A DNA stretch of 64,000 nucleotides, from NCBI GenBank assembly GCA_903828145.1, contig CAIKKY010000030.1, forward strand, positions 49,658 to 113,657, in the 5' to 3' direction. A program made the position numbers and the translations under genes. How positions within the stretch are numbered: position 1 is the first letter of the stretch; each line of letters begins with the position of its first letter. The notes below the pieces were generated by a model. The model was given only the letters and a program-made list of their open reading frames with translations. It was not told the DNA's origin and made no database searches. Source of the stretch: an uncultured Hyphomicrobiales bacterium. Its GTDB lineage: Bacteria; Pseudomonadota; Alphaproteobacteria; Rhizobiales; Devosiaceae. Shown here one piece after another: positions 47,527 to 58,273 of the stretch.

Positions 47527-49017
47527 CTAAAACCCGCCGCCGGTCTTGAACCCACCGCCCGTGCGCGTGCCCGAGCTGCCGCTGCGCGGGCGCGAAAACC
47601 CGCCGGAATTGCCGCCGCCCCCAAACGGACCACCGCCCCAGGGAAACGGCGGACGAAGGCCCGGGACGCCGCTGCGACGCGGCGCTCCGCCACCGGCAAA
47701 GCTCTGGTCGGGCCACGCGCTGCGGTCGCCCCGGGGCGCGCCGCCGTCGCCGGCCCAATCCTGGCTGCCCTTCCACTGCCCCCAGTAATCAGCGGCCGTG
47801 ATTTCGCCGCGCAGAAATCCGTTCAGCGCGTCGCCAACCAGCCGATCTTCGCGGAAGCTCGACTGCGGCCGGTCAAAGCGCTGCTTTTTGAATTCGAACT
47901 GGATGTCTTCAAGTTCGCGCCGCCGCGCCGCCAGCGTGCGTAACCGGCTCTTCTGCTCGCGCACATCAAGGTCTTCATCCGAAATCCGCTGGCGCAGCTC
48001 GTCGATTTTCTTGACGATCACGTCATCGGCGCCGGTGCTGGTTTCCCGGGCCAGGGCAAGCAGCGCCTTGGTGTCCTCGCGGCTCAACGCATCAGCAAGC
48101 CCATTGACCGCCGCGCTGAACGCCGGATCGCTACCCTCGGCCAATTGCCGCAGGGCTTTGGCCCGCTCATCGCGCCTATCCTCGGTCGCCACCATCTCAT
48201 CATCGATTTTTGTGAGGCGCGCCTGCGCCTTTTCCAGCGCCTCGCGGTGGGGCTTGCCCCCGGCTTTATCGAGCGCTTCGCGCTCTGCAGCCTCGATATC
48301 AGCGAGCGCTGCCTCGGCGGCCCGCTTCTGGGCTTCGGCATGCTCCTTGAGCCGCATCGGCAACTGGTTGAGGAGGGCAAAATTCGCCCGAGCCTCGGCA
48401 TAGCCCACGAGCCGCGCCACCCACGCGTCGCCAATCGCGGCAAAACGCGACGGCCGATAGGCCTTCGTGCCATAGCCCCGATCCCACAGATACATGAACA
48501 GCCGGTCACCCCGATACGGCTTGCCCTTGACCTCGCGGTCGGCCTCGGCCAGCTCGGCCTTTCTGAAGCTCGCTTCCGCCGTCTGGATCAGCTCGGCTGC
48601 CGCCTGCCGCGTCTTGTCGGCCCCCGCAATAGTGAGGGTTTTCGCCAGCGCATTGAGCCGTTTTTCGGCCTCACTCGCCCCTATGGTTTCGGTCTGGCGT
48701 TCGGCCGCCAGCGCGGCAAGCCGCGCGTCGAGATCGCCGAGTTCGGCTTCGGCCTGGGCAATGCTCGCGCCATGGTCGCGCAGCATGGCGCGCGCGGCCT
48801 GTTCGGCGGTGCGCAGCTTGCCGCTCAAGACGCTGCCGGGCTCGGGCTCGAGCCTGAGCTTGGCCAATTGCCGACAGAGTTCGCTTTCGGCCTCGCGGAA
48901 GCGCGCGATGAATTCAGCGCTGCGCGACAGCCGACGCGTGATGTCGTCTTCCTCGCGGCGGATGTCTTTCAGCGCGTCTTCCAGCGCCTTCAGTGCGTCA
49001 GGGCCCTGTACCGTCAC
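47527..49017 (-). CDS. Hypothetical coiled-coil protein with Gly-rich tail (GGGFKTGGGF)
   Basis: 496 aa, heptad-like Ala/Glu/Leu/Arg helices, central DRLFMYLWDRGYGT motif; 4 bp from the upstream gene. Confidence 0.8.
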   Translation of the reverse strand: MTVQGPDALKALEDALKDIRREEDDITRRLSRSAEFIARFREAESELCRQLAKLRLEPEPGSVLSGKLRTAEQAARAMLRDHGASIAQAEAELGDLDARLAALAAERQTETIGASEAEKRLNALAKTLTIAGADKTRQAAAELIQTAEASFRKAELAEADREVKGKPYRGDRLFMYLWDRGYGTKAYRPSRFAAIGDAWVARLVGYAEARANFALLNQLPMRLKEHAEAQKRAAEAALADIEAAEREALDKAGGKPHREALEKAQARLTKIDDEMVATEDRRDERAKALRQLAEGSDPAFSAAVNGLADALSREDTKALLALARETSTGADDVIVKKIDELRQRISDEDLDVREQKSRLRTLAARRRELEDIQFEFKKQRFDRPQSSFREDRLVGDALNGFLRGEITAADYWGQWKGSQDWAGDGGAPRGDRSAWPDQSFAGGGAPRRSGVPGLRPPFPWGGGPFGGGGNSGGFSRPRSGSSGTRTGGGFKTGGGF

Positions 49018-49021
49018 CGGA

Positions 49022-49969
49022 TCACCATCGTGTCACCGCCCCGCCCAGCACCGGCATGGCGTAATCCACATCGAGAAAGCCATATTGCTTCAGTCCGACG
49101 ATATTGTTTTCAATAATGCCATTGTCGCGTTTATCGGCCTCGATCTGCCGATAGGTCGCCTCGGGGACGCGCAGCCCCCAGCGGGATACGGTTTCCACGG
49201 TGCCCGTTTCCTCATTGGCAATCGGCAGGCTCAGGGTCCTGCCATCGCTGCCCACAGCCTCGACGACGATATAGTAATTGGTCGCCTCGGTGTTGATCTC
49301 GGGGAAGGTCCAGAACCCGCTCTTGACCCCCTGCTGGTTGACGATGCGCAGGGTAAAGTCCCGCCGCAGCCGGTCGCTGAGGGCCCGCAAATCGGCCAGA
49401 GCGCCCTCGGCAGCGGCCCGGTCACCTTCGGCGGCGGCGGCCTTGCCACGGGTGCGCAGGTCTTCGGCCTCGCCCACGGCCTGCTGCACCTTGGTTTCCT
49501 CGAAAATCGACGCGTAAACCGCGTCCATGGCCTCGGGCAGGGTGGTGGTGAGTTCGGTTTTCGCCGCCACGACCTGTGCATCGCGGAATGCCACCCAGCC
49601 GAAATAATACCCGCCGAGCCCGATGGTGAGCGCAAGACCCGTGGCAAACAGCACCGGTAGCCAGATGCTGCGCCGCACATAGAACAGCGCCAGCGCCCGC
49701 ATCAGGCCGGGCGGCACCGGGCTGTAGGAAAACCGCTTTTCCCCGAGCGCCTTGACCCCGGCCTTCAGTACATCATCGCTGACCGTGATCCCCTGCTCGC
49801 GGTAGAGCGTGCGCAGCCGCTCGATCAGCGCCTGCGCACGCGCCTCGCCATTCAGTTCGCGGTCAACAAGATCCTGCTGGTGGCGGAGCGTATCCACCAC
49901 ATCCATAGCCAGCATCACCTCATCGAGAGGAGCCGGTTCGGCAGCAGGAGTCTCGGTGTGCGGGGTCAC
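49022..49969 (-). CDS. Hypothetical single-TM protein (DUF6384-like)
   Basis: LDEVMLAMDVVDTLRH N-terminus, TM near aa 95-120, helical linker and beta-rich C-terminus (YYIVVEA, RWGLRVP); family name recalled, not searched. Confidence 0.75.
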   Translation of the reverse strand: MTPHTETPAAEPAPLDEVMLAMDVVDTLRHQQDLVDRELNGEARAQALIERLRTLYREQGITVSDDVLKAGVKALGEKRFSYSPVPPGLMRALALFYVRRSIWLPVLFATGLALTIGLGGYYFGWVAFRDAQVVAAKTELTTTLPEAMDAVYASIFEETKVQQAVGEAEDLRTRGKAAAAEGDRAAAEGALADLRALSDRLRRDFTLRIVNQQGVKSGFWTFPEINTEATNYYIVVEAVGSDGRTLSLPIANEETGTVETVSRWGLRVPEATYRQIEADKRDNGIIENNIVGLKQYGFLDVDYAMPVLGGAVTRW

Positions 49970-49981
49970 TTGGGTTTAGCC

Positions 49982-51169
49982 TCAGGCCCCCTTTTGCGGA
50001 ATGAGGAGTGCATTGCCCTCGGCCGCGAGAGCAGCGAGCCGCGTCTTGCCAGCCTCCACCGCGTCGCGGATTTCCGCCGCGTTGCGGGTCGCCTCGGCGC
50101 GCATTTCGTCAATCAGCACGCGGCTCCGCTCCTGATAGGCAATGACCGAATCTACCAGCGCCTTTACCGCATCGGCGCGGATCGTGGGGCCATAGCCCGC
50201 CTTGATGGCGGCTTCTCCCACTTTGCCCCCGATGTCGGCCAGCGTTTCAAGGCTCTTCGACACGCCTTCCTTCATGGCGTTCAGGGTTTCGGTCGATTCA
50301 TGCAGGCCGAACGTGCCGGTGAACGAGGCCGATAGCGCGGTAAACACCGTTTCATTGGTCGAAAAGAAGCTGATCGCCTGCTGGTACACCCGCTCCTTGG
50401 CGCTGGTGGTCTGCATCAGCCGCGCCATTACCACTTCAGAGGTGGAATAGCTGACCGTCAGGTTGTCGCTCAGGTCCTTGGCAATCTGGTAGCGGCGGTC
50501 TTCGTTCTGGAGGGCGCGCAGCTTTTCGTCGCGCGTGAGTTCGAGCTTCGCCCGCGCCGCCGGGGTGCCATCGGTGAAGGCCGCGAGCGTGGCGCTCGCC
50601 TTCTGCAATTCGGCCTTCTTGGCATCAATCGCCGCTTCGGCCTTGTGCAGCACTTCAAGGCCCATCACTTCGGCCTGCTTCAGCGCGCCGCGGAAATCGC
50701 GATAGGCTTCGAGGATCGTGTGTTCGCGTTCGATCTGGTTGCGGGTCTCGCGCGCCACATCGAGATAGACCGTGCGGATACGGTCAAAGCGCTGGGCGAT
50801 ATCGCCGCGCGTCAGCTTCATCCAGACATTGGCCACGCGCTCACCGAAATCGACCTTGCCGTCATCGATCTGGTCAACCAGCGCCTTGGCGTCGTCGCGG
50901 ATGGAATTGAAGCTTTCGGTGATGGTGGCGTATCGCTCGCCAATCGTCATGCCCGCCACCTGGGTGCGCACCACGTCGTTGAACGCGCTGGCCTGGGTAA
51001 GGGTGCGCCCGATGAGAACCACACGGGTGTCATCAAGGCCGGTCAACTGGCTCAATAGCCCGGTAATGGGCTGCTCGCCGGGAGTCTCCGGCCAAACACC
51101 CAGTCCCTTGATCGCGCTCATGGCGCGGTCGAGATATTGAAGCGGCGTCTCCACAATGTCCTTTGCCAT
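49982..51169 (-). CDS. Hypothetical all-helical protein, TelA/KlaA-like (inferred)
   Basis: 395 aa, no signal peptide or TM segment, long amphipathic/coiled-coil helices; first gene of a tight three-gene operon. Confidence 0.75.
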   Translation of the reverse strand: MAKDIVETPLQYLDRAMSAIKGLGVWPETPGEQPITGLLSQLTGLDDTRVVLIGRTLTQASAFNDVVRTQVAGMTIGERYATITESFNSIRDDAKALVDQIDDGKVDFGERVANVWMKLTRGDIAQRFDRIRTVYLDVARETRNQIEREHTILEAYRDFRGALKQAEVMGLEVLHKAEAAIDAKKAELQKASATLAAFTDGTPAARAKLELTRDEKLRALQNEDRRYQIAKDLSDNLTVSYSTSEVVMARLMQTTSAKERVYQQAISFFSTNETVFTALSASFTGTFGLHESTETLNAMKEGVSKSLETLADIGGKVGEAAIKAGYGPTIRADAVKALVDSVIAYQERSRVLIDEMRAEATRNAAEIRDAVEAGKTRLAALAAEGNALLIPQKGA

Positions 51170-51201
51170 AGGGCCCCCGGAACTCGTGATGAATGGGCGG
51201 C

Positions 51202-51216
51202 GCAGGCTATGCGCCA
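51202..51216 (-). promoter_or_regulatory. Candidate sigma-54 (-24/-12) promoter
   Basis: Minus strand TGGCGC-ATAGC-CTGC (GG-N10-GC) 32 nt upstream of ATG 51169. Confidence 0.25.
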
Positions 51217-51392
51217 GTTTTCGCTGATGGCAGCCCGCCCCACAATCACGTGGGACATTTGGACTGCTATATTTTTCGGCATATGGTGCGAAAAAGTCTC
51301 ATAAAAAGGGGGCTTTGGCCGGTTGGCGCGGTTATGTGACCAATTCGCATCAACCCGAACGGCCCTCCAGCCCGGAATCAAGGATTGAAACC

Positions 51393-51857
51393 ATGCAGTT
51401 TGGCGGCACCTACCGGTTCAACGCCCCCCGCGAGGCGGTTTGGGCCGCGCTCAATTCAACCGCGATTCTGGAGGCGGCCATACCCGGGTGCCGCCGCATT
51501 GAATGGACGTCGCCCACCACGCTTGAGTGCGAAATCCAGGTCAATTTCGGCGTGATTTCGCCGGTCTTCATGGGCGATCTGACGCTCTCCGATGTGACCC
51601 CGGCCGTGGTCTACACCCTCAGCGGCCGGGGGCGGGGCGGCATGCTGGGCAAGGCCGAAGCCAAGGCCGATATTGCGCTGGCCGATGCGGGGGCGGATAC
51701 CATCCTCACGTTCACCGCCCATGGCGGGGCCGATGGCGGCATCATGAAGCTCGGCAGGGCGCTCCTCGGCTCATCGGCGCAAAAAGTGATCGACGGCTTT
51801 TTCCTGCGCATCGGGCGGGCCATGGCCATTGAGGTAACGCCCCTTACGCCCGTGTAA
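51393..51857 (+). CDS. CoxG/SRPBCC family protein
   Basis: MQFGGTYRFNAPREAVWAALN..LEAAIPGC motif. Confidence 0.85.
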   Translation: MQFGGTYRFNAPREAVWAALNSTAILEAAIPGCRRIEWTSPTTLECEIQVNFGVISPVFMGDLTLSDVTPAVVYTLSGRGRGGMLGKAEAKADIALADAGADTILTFTAHGGADGGIMKLGRALLGSSAQKVIDGFFLRIGRAMAIEVTPLTPV

Positions 51858-51921
51858 ACCGCTTTAGCCTTGCCGCCGCCCGCAAAGGGCGGTTGAATGG
51901 GCAGATCACCTGGAACCCGCC

Positions 51922-52323
51922 ATGCCCACCGATGCCGATCTCTTTCTAGCTGCCGAAACCGTTCGGCAAAAGGCCCATGCGCCCTATTCGGGCTTTGCCG
52001 TCGGCGCAGCGATTCTGGCCGACGACGGGAAGGTCTATGCGGGCTGCAATGTAGAAAATGCGGCCTATCCGATTGGCAATTGTGCCGAGGCGTCGGCCAT
52101 TGCCGCCATGATCGCGGGCGGCGGCAGGCGCATTGCCCGCATCTATGTCACCGGCCCTGGCGTGGCGCCGGTCACCCCCTGCGGCGGGTGCCGCCAGCGG
52201 CTCCGCGAATTTGCCGATAATGACGTGATGGTCATCAGCCATGGGGTTGCGGGGCAGCCGCTCTATCAAACGCTTGGCCAGCTTTTGCCCTATTCCTTTG
52301 GCCCGGATTATCTCGGTCGCTGA
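51922..52323 (+). CDS. cdd: Cytidine deaminase (tetrameric type)
   Basis: APYSGFAVGAA, GCNVENAAY, CAE and PCGGCRQ motifs. Confidence 0.96.
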   Translation: MPTDADLFLAAETVRQKAHAPYSGFAVGAAILADDGKVYAGCNVENAAYPIGNCAEASAIAAMIAGGGRRIARIYVTGPGVAPVTPCGGCRQRLREFADNDVMVISHGVAGQPLYQTLGQLLPYSFGPDYLGR

Positions 52324-52350
52324 ACCTGCCCCCTGGGGCAAGGAGGTTTC

Positions 52351-53352
52351 ATGTCTTTGCGTGTTGTTGATCCTCACTCCGCTCCGGCCCACACGGGCCC
52401 GGCGCATCAGCGCAACCCCGGATTCCCGCTCGATCTTGATTGGGTGGAACGCGTCCGCATGAACCGCTCGGCGCTCGAACGGCGCGCGGCCACCCTGCCA
52501 GGCCGCCGCACGGTGAAGAAGGATTGGCAGACCGCGTGGCTTTTGAAGGCCATCACGCTCATCGATCTCACGACCCTCAATTCCGATGATACGCCGGGCC
52601 GCGTCGAGCGGCTCTGCGCCAAGGCGCGCCATCCGGTGCGGCAGGATATTCTCGAGGGGCTGGGCGTTGCCAATCTCCCGATTCATCCCGGCGCGGTCTG
52701 CGTCTACCACGCCTTTGTGAAAACGGCGGTGGCGGCGCTTGAGGGCACCGGCATTCCGGTGGCGGCCGTTTCCACCGCCTTTCCGCACGGCCTCGCGCCG
52801 CTCAACACCCGCCTGATGGAAATCGAAGCCTCGGTGCGCGACGGGGCGCAGGAGATCGACATCGTGATCGAGCGCCAGCAGGTGCTGAACGGCGACTGGC
52901 AGGGGCTCTACGACCAGATCAGGGCCATGCGCGCGGCCTGCGGCGATGCGCATATCAAGACCATCCTCGGCACGGGCGAACTCGCGACCCTGACCAATGT
53001 GGCCAAGGCCTCGCTCGTCTGCATGCTGGCGGGGGCTGATTTCATCAAGACCTCGACCGGCAAGGAAAAGGTCAATGCCAACCTGCCGACCTCGCTCGCC
53101 ATGATCCGCATGATCCGCTGGTTCCATGAGGAAACTGGCATCGAAATCGGCTACAAGCCGGCGGGCGGCATTGCCTCGGCCAAGCTCGCGCTCGACTATA
53201 TGGCGCTGATGAAGGAAGAACTCGGCACCGGCTGGCTCGAGCCGCACCTGTTCCGTTTCGGGGCCAGCTCGCTCCTCACCGATATCGAGCGCCAGCTCGA
53301 ACATAATCTCACCGGCCATTACGCGGCCGACTATCGCATGCCGATGGTGTGA
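52351..53352 (+). CDS. deoC: Deoxyribose-phosphate aldolase (long, DERA-like form)
   Basis: IDLTTL, AVSTAFPHG, EIDIVI, FIKTSTGK, KPAGGI and FRFGASSLL motifs. Confidence 0.95.
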   Translation: MSLRVVDPHSAPAHTGPAHQRNPGFPLDLDWVERVRMNRSALERRAATLPGRRTVKKDWQTAWLLKAITLIDLTTLNSDDTPGRVERLCAKARHPVRQDILEGLGVANLPIHPGAVCVYHAFVKTAVAALEGTGIPVAAVSTAFPHGLAPLNTRLMEIEASVRDGAQEIDIVIERQQVLNGDWQGLYDQIRAMRAACGDAHIKTILGTGELATLTNVAKASLVCMLAGADFIKTSTGKEKVNANLPTSLAMIRMIRWFHEETGIEIGYKPAGGIASAKLALDYMALMKEELGTGWLEPHLFRFGASSLLTDIERQLEHNLTGHYAADYRMPMV

Positions 53353-53370
53353 TCCGAAAAGGGTAATGAT

Positions 53371-55737
53371 ATGAACAGGATCGCTGAGATTTTCACCACG
53401 CTCGACTACGGCCCGGCCCCCGAGGCCGCCGACCCCGCTTTGGCCTGGCTCGATAGCCACGGTCGCGCCTTCGGCCATTTCATCAACGGCAAATGGACGG
53501 CGCCGGCCAGCACCTTCGCCACTACGAATCCGGCAACCGGGGCTGAGCTGGCTCAGATTTCCAACGGCACTGCGGATGACGTGGATCGGGCGGTCAAGGC
53601 CGCGCGGGCCGCGTTCAAGTCCTGGTCGGCGCTCCCCGGCTATCAGCGCGCGCGGCACCTCTACGCGCTGGCGCGGCTGATCCAGAAGCACGCGCGGCTG
53701 TTTGCCGTGCTCGAAACCCTCGATAATGGCAAGCCGATCCGCGAAAGCCGCGATGTCGATATTCCGCTCGTGGCGCGGCACTTTTATCACCATGCCGGCT
53801 GGGCCCAGCATATCGAGCGCAGCTTTCCCGGCCATGTGCCCTATGGCGTGTGCGGGCAGATCATCCCGTGGAATTTCCCGCTGTTGATGCTGGCCTGGAA
53901 GATCGCCCCGGCGCTCGCTGCGGGCAACACCGTGGTGCTGAAACCGGCGGAATTCACCTCGCTCACCGCGCTGCTGTTCGCTGAAATCTGCGAGAAGGCC
54001 GGGCTACCCAAGGGTGTGGTCAATATCGTGACTGGCGAGGGCGAGACCGGGGCGGCCATCGTCAACCATCCCGATGTCGATAAAATCGCCTTCACCGGCT
54101 CGACTGATGTCGGCAAGATCATCCGCGCCGCCACGGCGGGGTCGGGCAAGGGCCTGTCGCTCGAACTGGGCGGCAAGAGCCCCTACATCGTGTTCGACGA
54201 TGCCGATCTCGACAGCGCCATTGAAGGGCTGGTCGATGCCATCTGGTTCAACCAGGGTCAGGTCTGCTGCGCCGGGTCGCGCCTGCTCGTGCAGGAATCA
54301 ATCGAAGAGCGCTTCATCACCAAGCTCAAGGCGCGCATGGCAACCCTGCGGGTGGGCGATCCGCTCGACAAGGCCATTGATATCGGCGCGCTGGTCGCGC
54401 CGGTGCAGGTAGAGCGCGTGCGCGACCTCGTGAAAAAGGGTGTGGCCGAAGGTGGTCAGCTCTATGAGCCCGACATGGTGCTGCCCGCTCAGGGCTGCTT
54501 CCTCAGGCCCGCGCTCATCACCAATGTGTCCCCGGCCAATTCGGTGGTGGCCGAAGAGATTTTCGGGCCGGTGCTGGTGGCAATGAGCTTCCGCACGCCC
54601 GAGGAAGCTGTCGCGCTCGCCAACAACACCCGCTACGGGCTGGCCGCCACGCTCTGGACCGAGAACGTCAACCTGGCGCTCGATATTGCACCCAAGCTCA
54701 AAGCGGGTGTGGTCTGGATCAATGGTACGAACCAGTTCGATGCCGCCGTTGGCTTCGGCGGCTACCGCGAATCCGGTTTTGGCCGTGAGGGCGGCCGCGA
54801 AGGCATGGCGAGCTATCTGAAGCCGCTTTGGGAAAAGGCGCTGAAGCTCGACAAGCCGCTGCCGGCCCGCGCTGCTGATAGCCTTGCCCCCTTGGGCGAG
54901 GGTCTCGATCGCACGGCGAAAATGTATATCGGCGGCAAGCAGGCCCGGCCCGATTCCGGCTATTCTCGGGCTGTGATCGCGCCCGATGGGTCGGTGGTGG
55001 GCGAAGTCGGCGACGGCAACCGCAAGGATATCCGCAACGCCGTGGAAGCCGCCCGCGCCGCGCTCGGCTGGGGCACAACCACGGCGCATAACCGCGCGCA
55101 GATCCTCTATTTCCTTGCGGAAAATCTCGAGTACCGCGCGAAGGAATTTGCCGCCCGCATCCATGCCGAAACCGGGGCCGATGGCACCGGCGAAGTGGCG
55201 GCGGCGGTCGAGCGTCTCTTTGCCTTCGCCGGCTGGGCCGATAAATATGATGGCGCGGTGCACAATCCCCCGAGCCGTGCCGTGGCCGTGGCCATGGTTG
55301 AGCCGCTTGGTGTGCTCGGCATTCTCGCGCCGCAGCGACTGCCGCTTCTGGGGTCTGTGGCGCTTGTCGCCCCGGCCCTCGCCATGGGCAATACCGTGGT
55401 TCTGGTGCCCTCGGAACGCGCGCCGCTCTCCATGACCGACTTCTATCAGGTGCTCGAAACCTCGGATGTGCCCTCGGGCGTGGTCAATATCGTCACGGGG
55501 TCGACGGCGACGCTCGCCAGGACCCTGGCCGAGCATGATGGTGTCGATGGCCTGTGGTGCGCCGCCGATGCGGCGACCTCGGCGCTGGTCGAAAAAGCCT
55601 CCATTGGCAATCTCAAGCAGACCTGGACGACGCGCGGCCTCGCCGTTGATCTCGCCGACAAGGCGAAATTCGAGGGCGACTATTTCCTCGCCCGGGCCAC
55701 GCAGGTGAAAAACGTCTGGGTGCCGTACGGCGCATGA
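53371..55737 (+). CDS. Aldehyde dehydrogenase with extra C-terminal Rossmann module (ALDH16-like)
   Basis: 788 aa; [13 protein letters not shown] and QGQVCCAG in the first domain; a second NAD-binding-like repeat without catalytic Cys from ~54900. Confidence 0.9.
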   Translation: MNRIAEIFTTLDYGPAPEAADPALAWLDSHGRAFGHFINGKWTAPASTFATTNPATGAELAQISNGTADDVDRAVKAARAAFKSWSALPGYQRARHLYALARLIQKHARLFAVLETLDNGKPIRESRDVDIPLVARHFYHHAGWAQHIERSFPGHVPYGVCGQIIPWNFPLLMLAWKIAPALAAGNTVVLKPAEFTSLTALLFAEICEKAGLPKGVVNIVTGEGETGAAIVNHPDVDKIAFTGSTDVGKIIRAATAGSGKGLSLELGGKSPYIVFDDADLDSAIEGLVDAIWFNQGQVCCAGSRLLVQESIEERFITKLKARMATLRVGDPLDKAIDIGALVAPVQVERVRDLVKKGVAEGGQLYEPDMVLPAQGCFLRPALITNVSPANSVVAEEIFGPVLVAMSFRTPEEAVALANNTRYGLAATLWTENVNLALDIAPKLKAGVVWINGTNQFDAAVGFGGYRESGFGREGGREGMASYLKPLWEKALKLDKPLPARAADSLAPLGEGLDRTAKMYIGGKQARPDSGYSRAVIAPDGSVVGEVGDGNRKDIRNAVEAARAALGWGTTTAHNRAQILYFLAENLEYRAKEFAARIHAETGADGTGEVAAAVERLFAFAGWADKYDGAVHNPPSRAVAVAMVEPLGVLGILAPQRLPLLGSVALVAPALAMGNTVVLVPSERAPLSMTDFYQVLETSDVPSGVVNIVTGSTATLARTLAEHDGVDGLWCAADAATSALVEKASIGNLKQTWTTRGLAVDLADKAKFEGDYFLARATQVKNVWVPYGA

Positions 55738-55759
55738 CCCGCAACCGCAGGAGACGGCC

Positions 55760-57076
55760 ATGACCTTCCTCCCGCAGGAAATCATCGCAAAAAAACGCGA
55801 CGGCGGCACGCTGACCCCCGATGAGATCGGCGCGTTCATCGCCGGACTGACCTCAGGGGCGGTGTCGCCCGCCCAGACGGCGGCCTTTGCCATGGCGGTC
55901 TATTTCCGCGATATGGCCGTCGCCGAGCGCGTCGGCCTCACCCTCGCCATGCGCGATTCCGGCACGGTGCTGGATTGGTCGGATCTGCCGGGCCCGGTGC
56001 TCGACAAGCATTCGACCGGTGGGGTGGGCGATAATGTATCGCTGATGCTCGCCCCCATGCTCGCCGCCTGCGGGGCCTATGTGCCGATGATTTCCGGCCG
56101 GGGCCTCGGCCATACCGGCGGCACGCTCGATAAGTTCGATTCGATCCCCGGCTATACGACCGCGCCGGACAATGCGCTGTTTCGCACCGTGGTGCGCGAT
56201 GTGGGCTGCGCCATCATCGGGCAGACCGCCGATCTCGCCCCGGCGGACAAGGTGCTCTACGCCATCCGCGACGTGACCGCGACGGTGGAATCGATCCCGC
56301 TGATTACCGCGTCGATCCTCTCGAAAAAGCTGGCAGCGGGCCTTCAGGGGCTGATCCTTGACGTGAAAACCGGGTCGGGTGCCTTCATGCCCACGCTCGA
56401 AAAATCCCGCGCGCTCGCCGAAAGCCTTGTCTCGGTGGCGAATGGCGCCGGGCTGAGGACAGCGGCGCTCATTACCGACATGAACGAGCCGCTGGCCACG
56501 GCGGCGGGCAATGCGCTGGAAGTGCGGAACGCCGTCGATTTTCTCACCGGCAGCCACCGCGACCTGCGGCTTTACGAGGTGACTCTCGCGCTGGCTGCGG
56601 CTGTGCTCGATCTCTCCGGCTTTCGGGGCGATGCGCGCGCGGCGCTCATCCGTGGCCTCGAATCGGGGGCGGCGCTTGAGCGCTTTTCGCGCATGGTCGG
56701 AGCCCTCGGCGGCCCCCGGGATTTTGTTGAGGGCATGGACCGCTATCTCGCGGCAGCCCCGGTGATCCGCGATGTTGTGGCCGAGACATCCGGTACCATC
56801 GCCGACATCGATACCAGAACCATCGGCATGGGCGTGGTGGCGCTTGGCGGCGGGCGAACCCGCCCTACGGACAGCATCGACCACCGGGTCGGTTATGACC
56901 GCCTGCTCGGGCTGGGCGCAAAAGTCGGGCCCGGCACGCCGCTCGCCCGGGTTCATGCCCGCACGGCCGATGAGGCCGAAGCCGGGGCCGCCGCTATCCG
57001 CGCAGCCTACAGGCTTGGCGATGCGGCGCCGCATCATCCGCTGCTTGCGGCCACCGTGCCGCCCCCGAAAGGCTGA
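55760..57076 (+). CDS. deoA: Thymidine phosphorylase
   Basis: [23 protein letters not shown] and ASILSKK motifs. Confidence 0.95.
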   Translation: MTFLPQEIIAKKRDGGTLTPDEIGAFIAGLTSGAVSPAQTAAFAMAVYFRDMAVAERVGLTLAMRDSGTVLDWSDLPGPVLDKHSTGGVGDNVSLMLAPMLAACGAYVPMISGRGLGHTGGTLDKFDSIPGYTTAPDNALFRTVVRDVGCAIIGQTADLAPADKVLYAIRDVTATVESIPLITASILSKKLAAGLQGLILDVKTGSGAFMPTLEKSRALAESLVSVANGAGLRTAALITDMNEPLATAAGNALEVRNAVDFLTGSHRDLRLYEVTLALAAAVLDLSGFRGDARAALIRGLESGAALERFSRMVGALGGPRDFVEGMDRYLAAAPVIRDVVAETSGTIADIDTRTIGMGVVALGGGRTRPTDSIDHRVGYDRLLGLGAKVGPGTPLARVHARTADEAEAGAAAIRAAYRLGDAAPHHPLLAATVPPPKG

Positions 57077-57078
57077 TC

Positions 57079-58257
57079 ATGCCCCGCGTTATCCTCGCCA
57101 TTCTTGATAGTTTCGGCATAGGCGGTGCGCCCGATGCCGCAGACTATGGCAATGCGGGGGCCGATACGCTCGGCCATATCGCGGCCGGTTATGACCTGCA
57201 CCTGCCCCATATGGAGGCGCTCGGGCTTGGCGCAGCCGCCACGCTCTCGACCGGCCAGACCCCGCGCGGCTTGAGCGCCAGTGCCAAAGGCGGACGCTGG
57301 GGCGTGGGCCGCGAAATCTCGAAGGGCAAGGATACGCCCTCGGGCCATTGGGAAATCGCCGGGGTGCCCGTGCCCTTTGAGTGGGGCTATTTCCCGCTGA
57401 CCGAACCCTGTTTTCCGCCCGATCTGATCACGCGTCTGGTGCAAGAGGCCGGGCTGCCTGGCATTTTGGGCAACAAGCACGCTTCGGGCACCACCATCAT
57501 TGCCGAACTGGGTGAGGAGTCGATCCGCACCGGCAAGCCGATCTGCTACACATCGGCCGATTCAGTATTCCAGATCGCCGCGCATGAAACCCATTTCGGG
57601 CTCGAAAAGCTCTATCGGCTCTGCGAAACCGCCTTTGCGCTGACCGCGCCGATGAACATCGGCCGCGTCATTGCCCGGCCCTTTGTGGGCGAGACGGGTG
57701 CCAGTTTCAAACGCACCGGCAACAGGCGCGATTTCGCCATCGCCCCGCCCGAGCCGACCCTGCTCGACCGGGCCAAGGCGGCAGGACGGCAGGTCTACGC
57801 CATTGGCAAGATTTCCGACATTTACGCCGGCCATGGCGTGACCCACAAAATCAAGGCCACGGGCAATATGGTGCTGTTCGACCGCACCCTTGAAGCCATG
57901 GAGATGGCCGAAGATGGCGCGCTGATCTTCACCAATTTTGTCGATTTCGATCAGGATTATGGGCACCGGCGCGATGTGGCAGGCTATGCCCGGGCGCTCG
58001 AAGCCTTCGACCAGCGCCTGCCCGAGCTGATTGCGGCGCTGAGGCCCGGGGATCTGGTGGTGCTCACTGCCGACCATGGCAATGATCCCACCTGGACGGG
58101 CACCGACCATACGCGCGAGCAGGTGCCAATCATGATCTTTTCCCCAAGCCTGACGCCCGGAAACCTTGGCATCCGGCCCACCTTCGCAGATATAGGGGAA
58201 AGCATTGCCCATTGGCTTGGCCTTGAGCCCGGCCGCCACGGCAAATCGTTTCTGTAA
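57079..58257 (+). CDS. deoB: Phosphopentomutase
   Basis: [26 protein letters not shown] and TADHGNDPT motifs. Confidence 0.96.
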   Translation: MPRVILAILDSFGIGGAPDAADYGNAGADTLGHIAAGYDLHLPHMEALGLGAAATLSTGQTPRGLSASAKGGRWGVGREISKGKDTPSGHWEIAGVPVPFEWGYFPLTEPCFPPDLITRLVQEAGLPGILGNKHASGTTIIAELGEESIRTGKPICYTSADSVFQIAAHETHFGLEKLYRLCETAFALTAPMNIGRVIARPFVGETGASFKRTGNRRDFAIAPPEPTLLDRAKAAGRQVYAIGKISDIYAGHGVTHKIKATGNMVLFDRTLEAMEMAEDGALIFTNFVDFDQDYGHRRDVAGYARALEAFDQRLPELIAALRPGDLVVLTADHGNDPTWTGTDHTREQVPIMIFSPSLTPGNLGIRPTFADIGESIAHWLGLEPGRHGKSFL

Positions 58258-58273
58258 TTTCGAGGAGTACCCC

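Noticed and set aside
51946-55893. 629-aa and 531-aa antisense ORFs over cdd/deoC/ALDH
   Set aside because: Reverse-frame shadows expected at high GC3; no recognisable domains.
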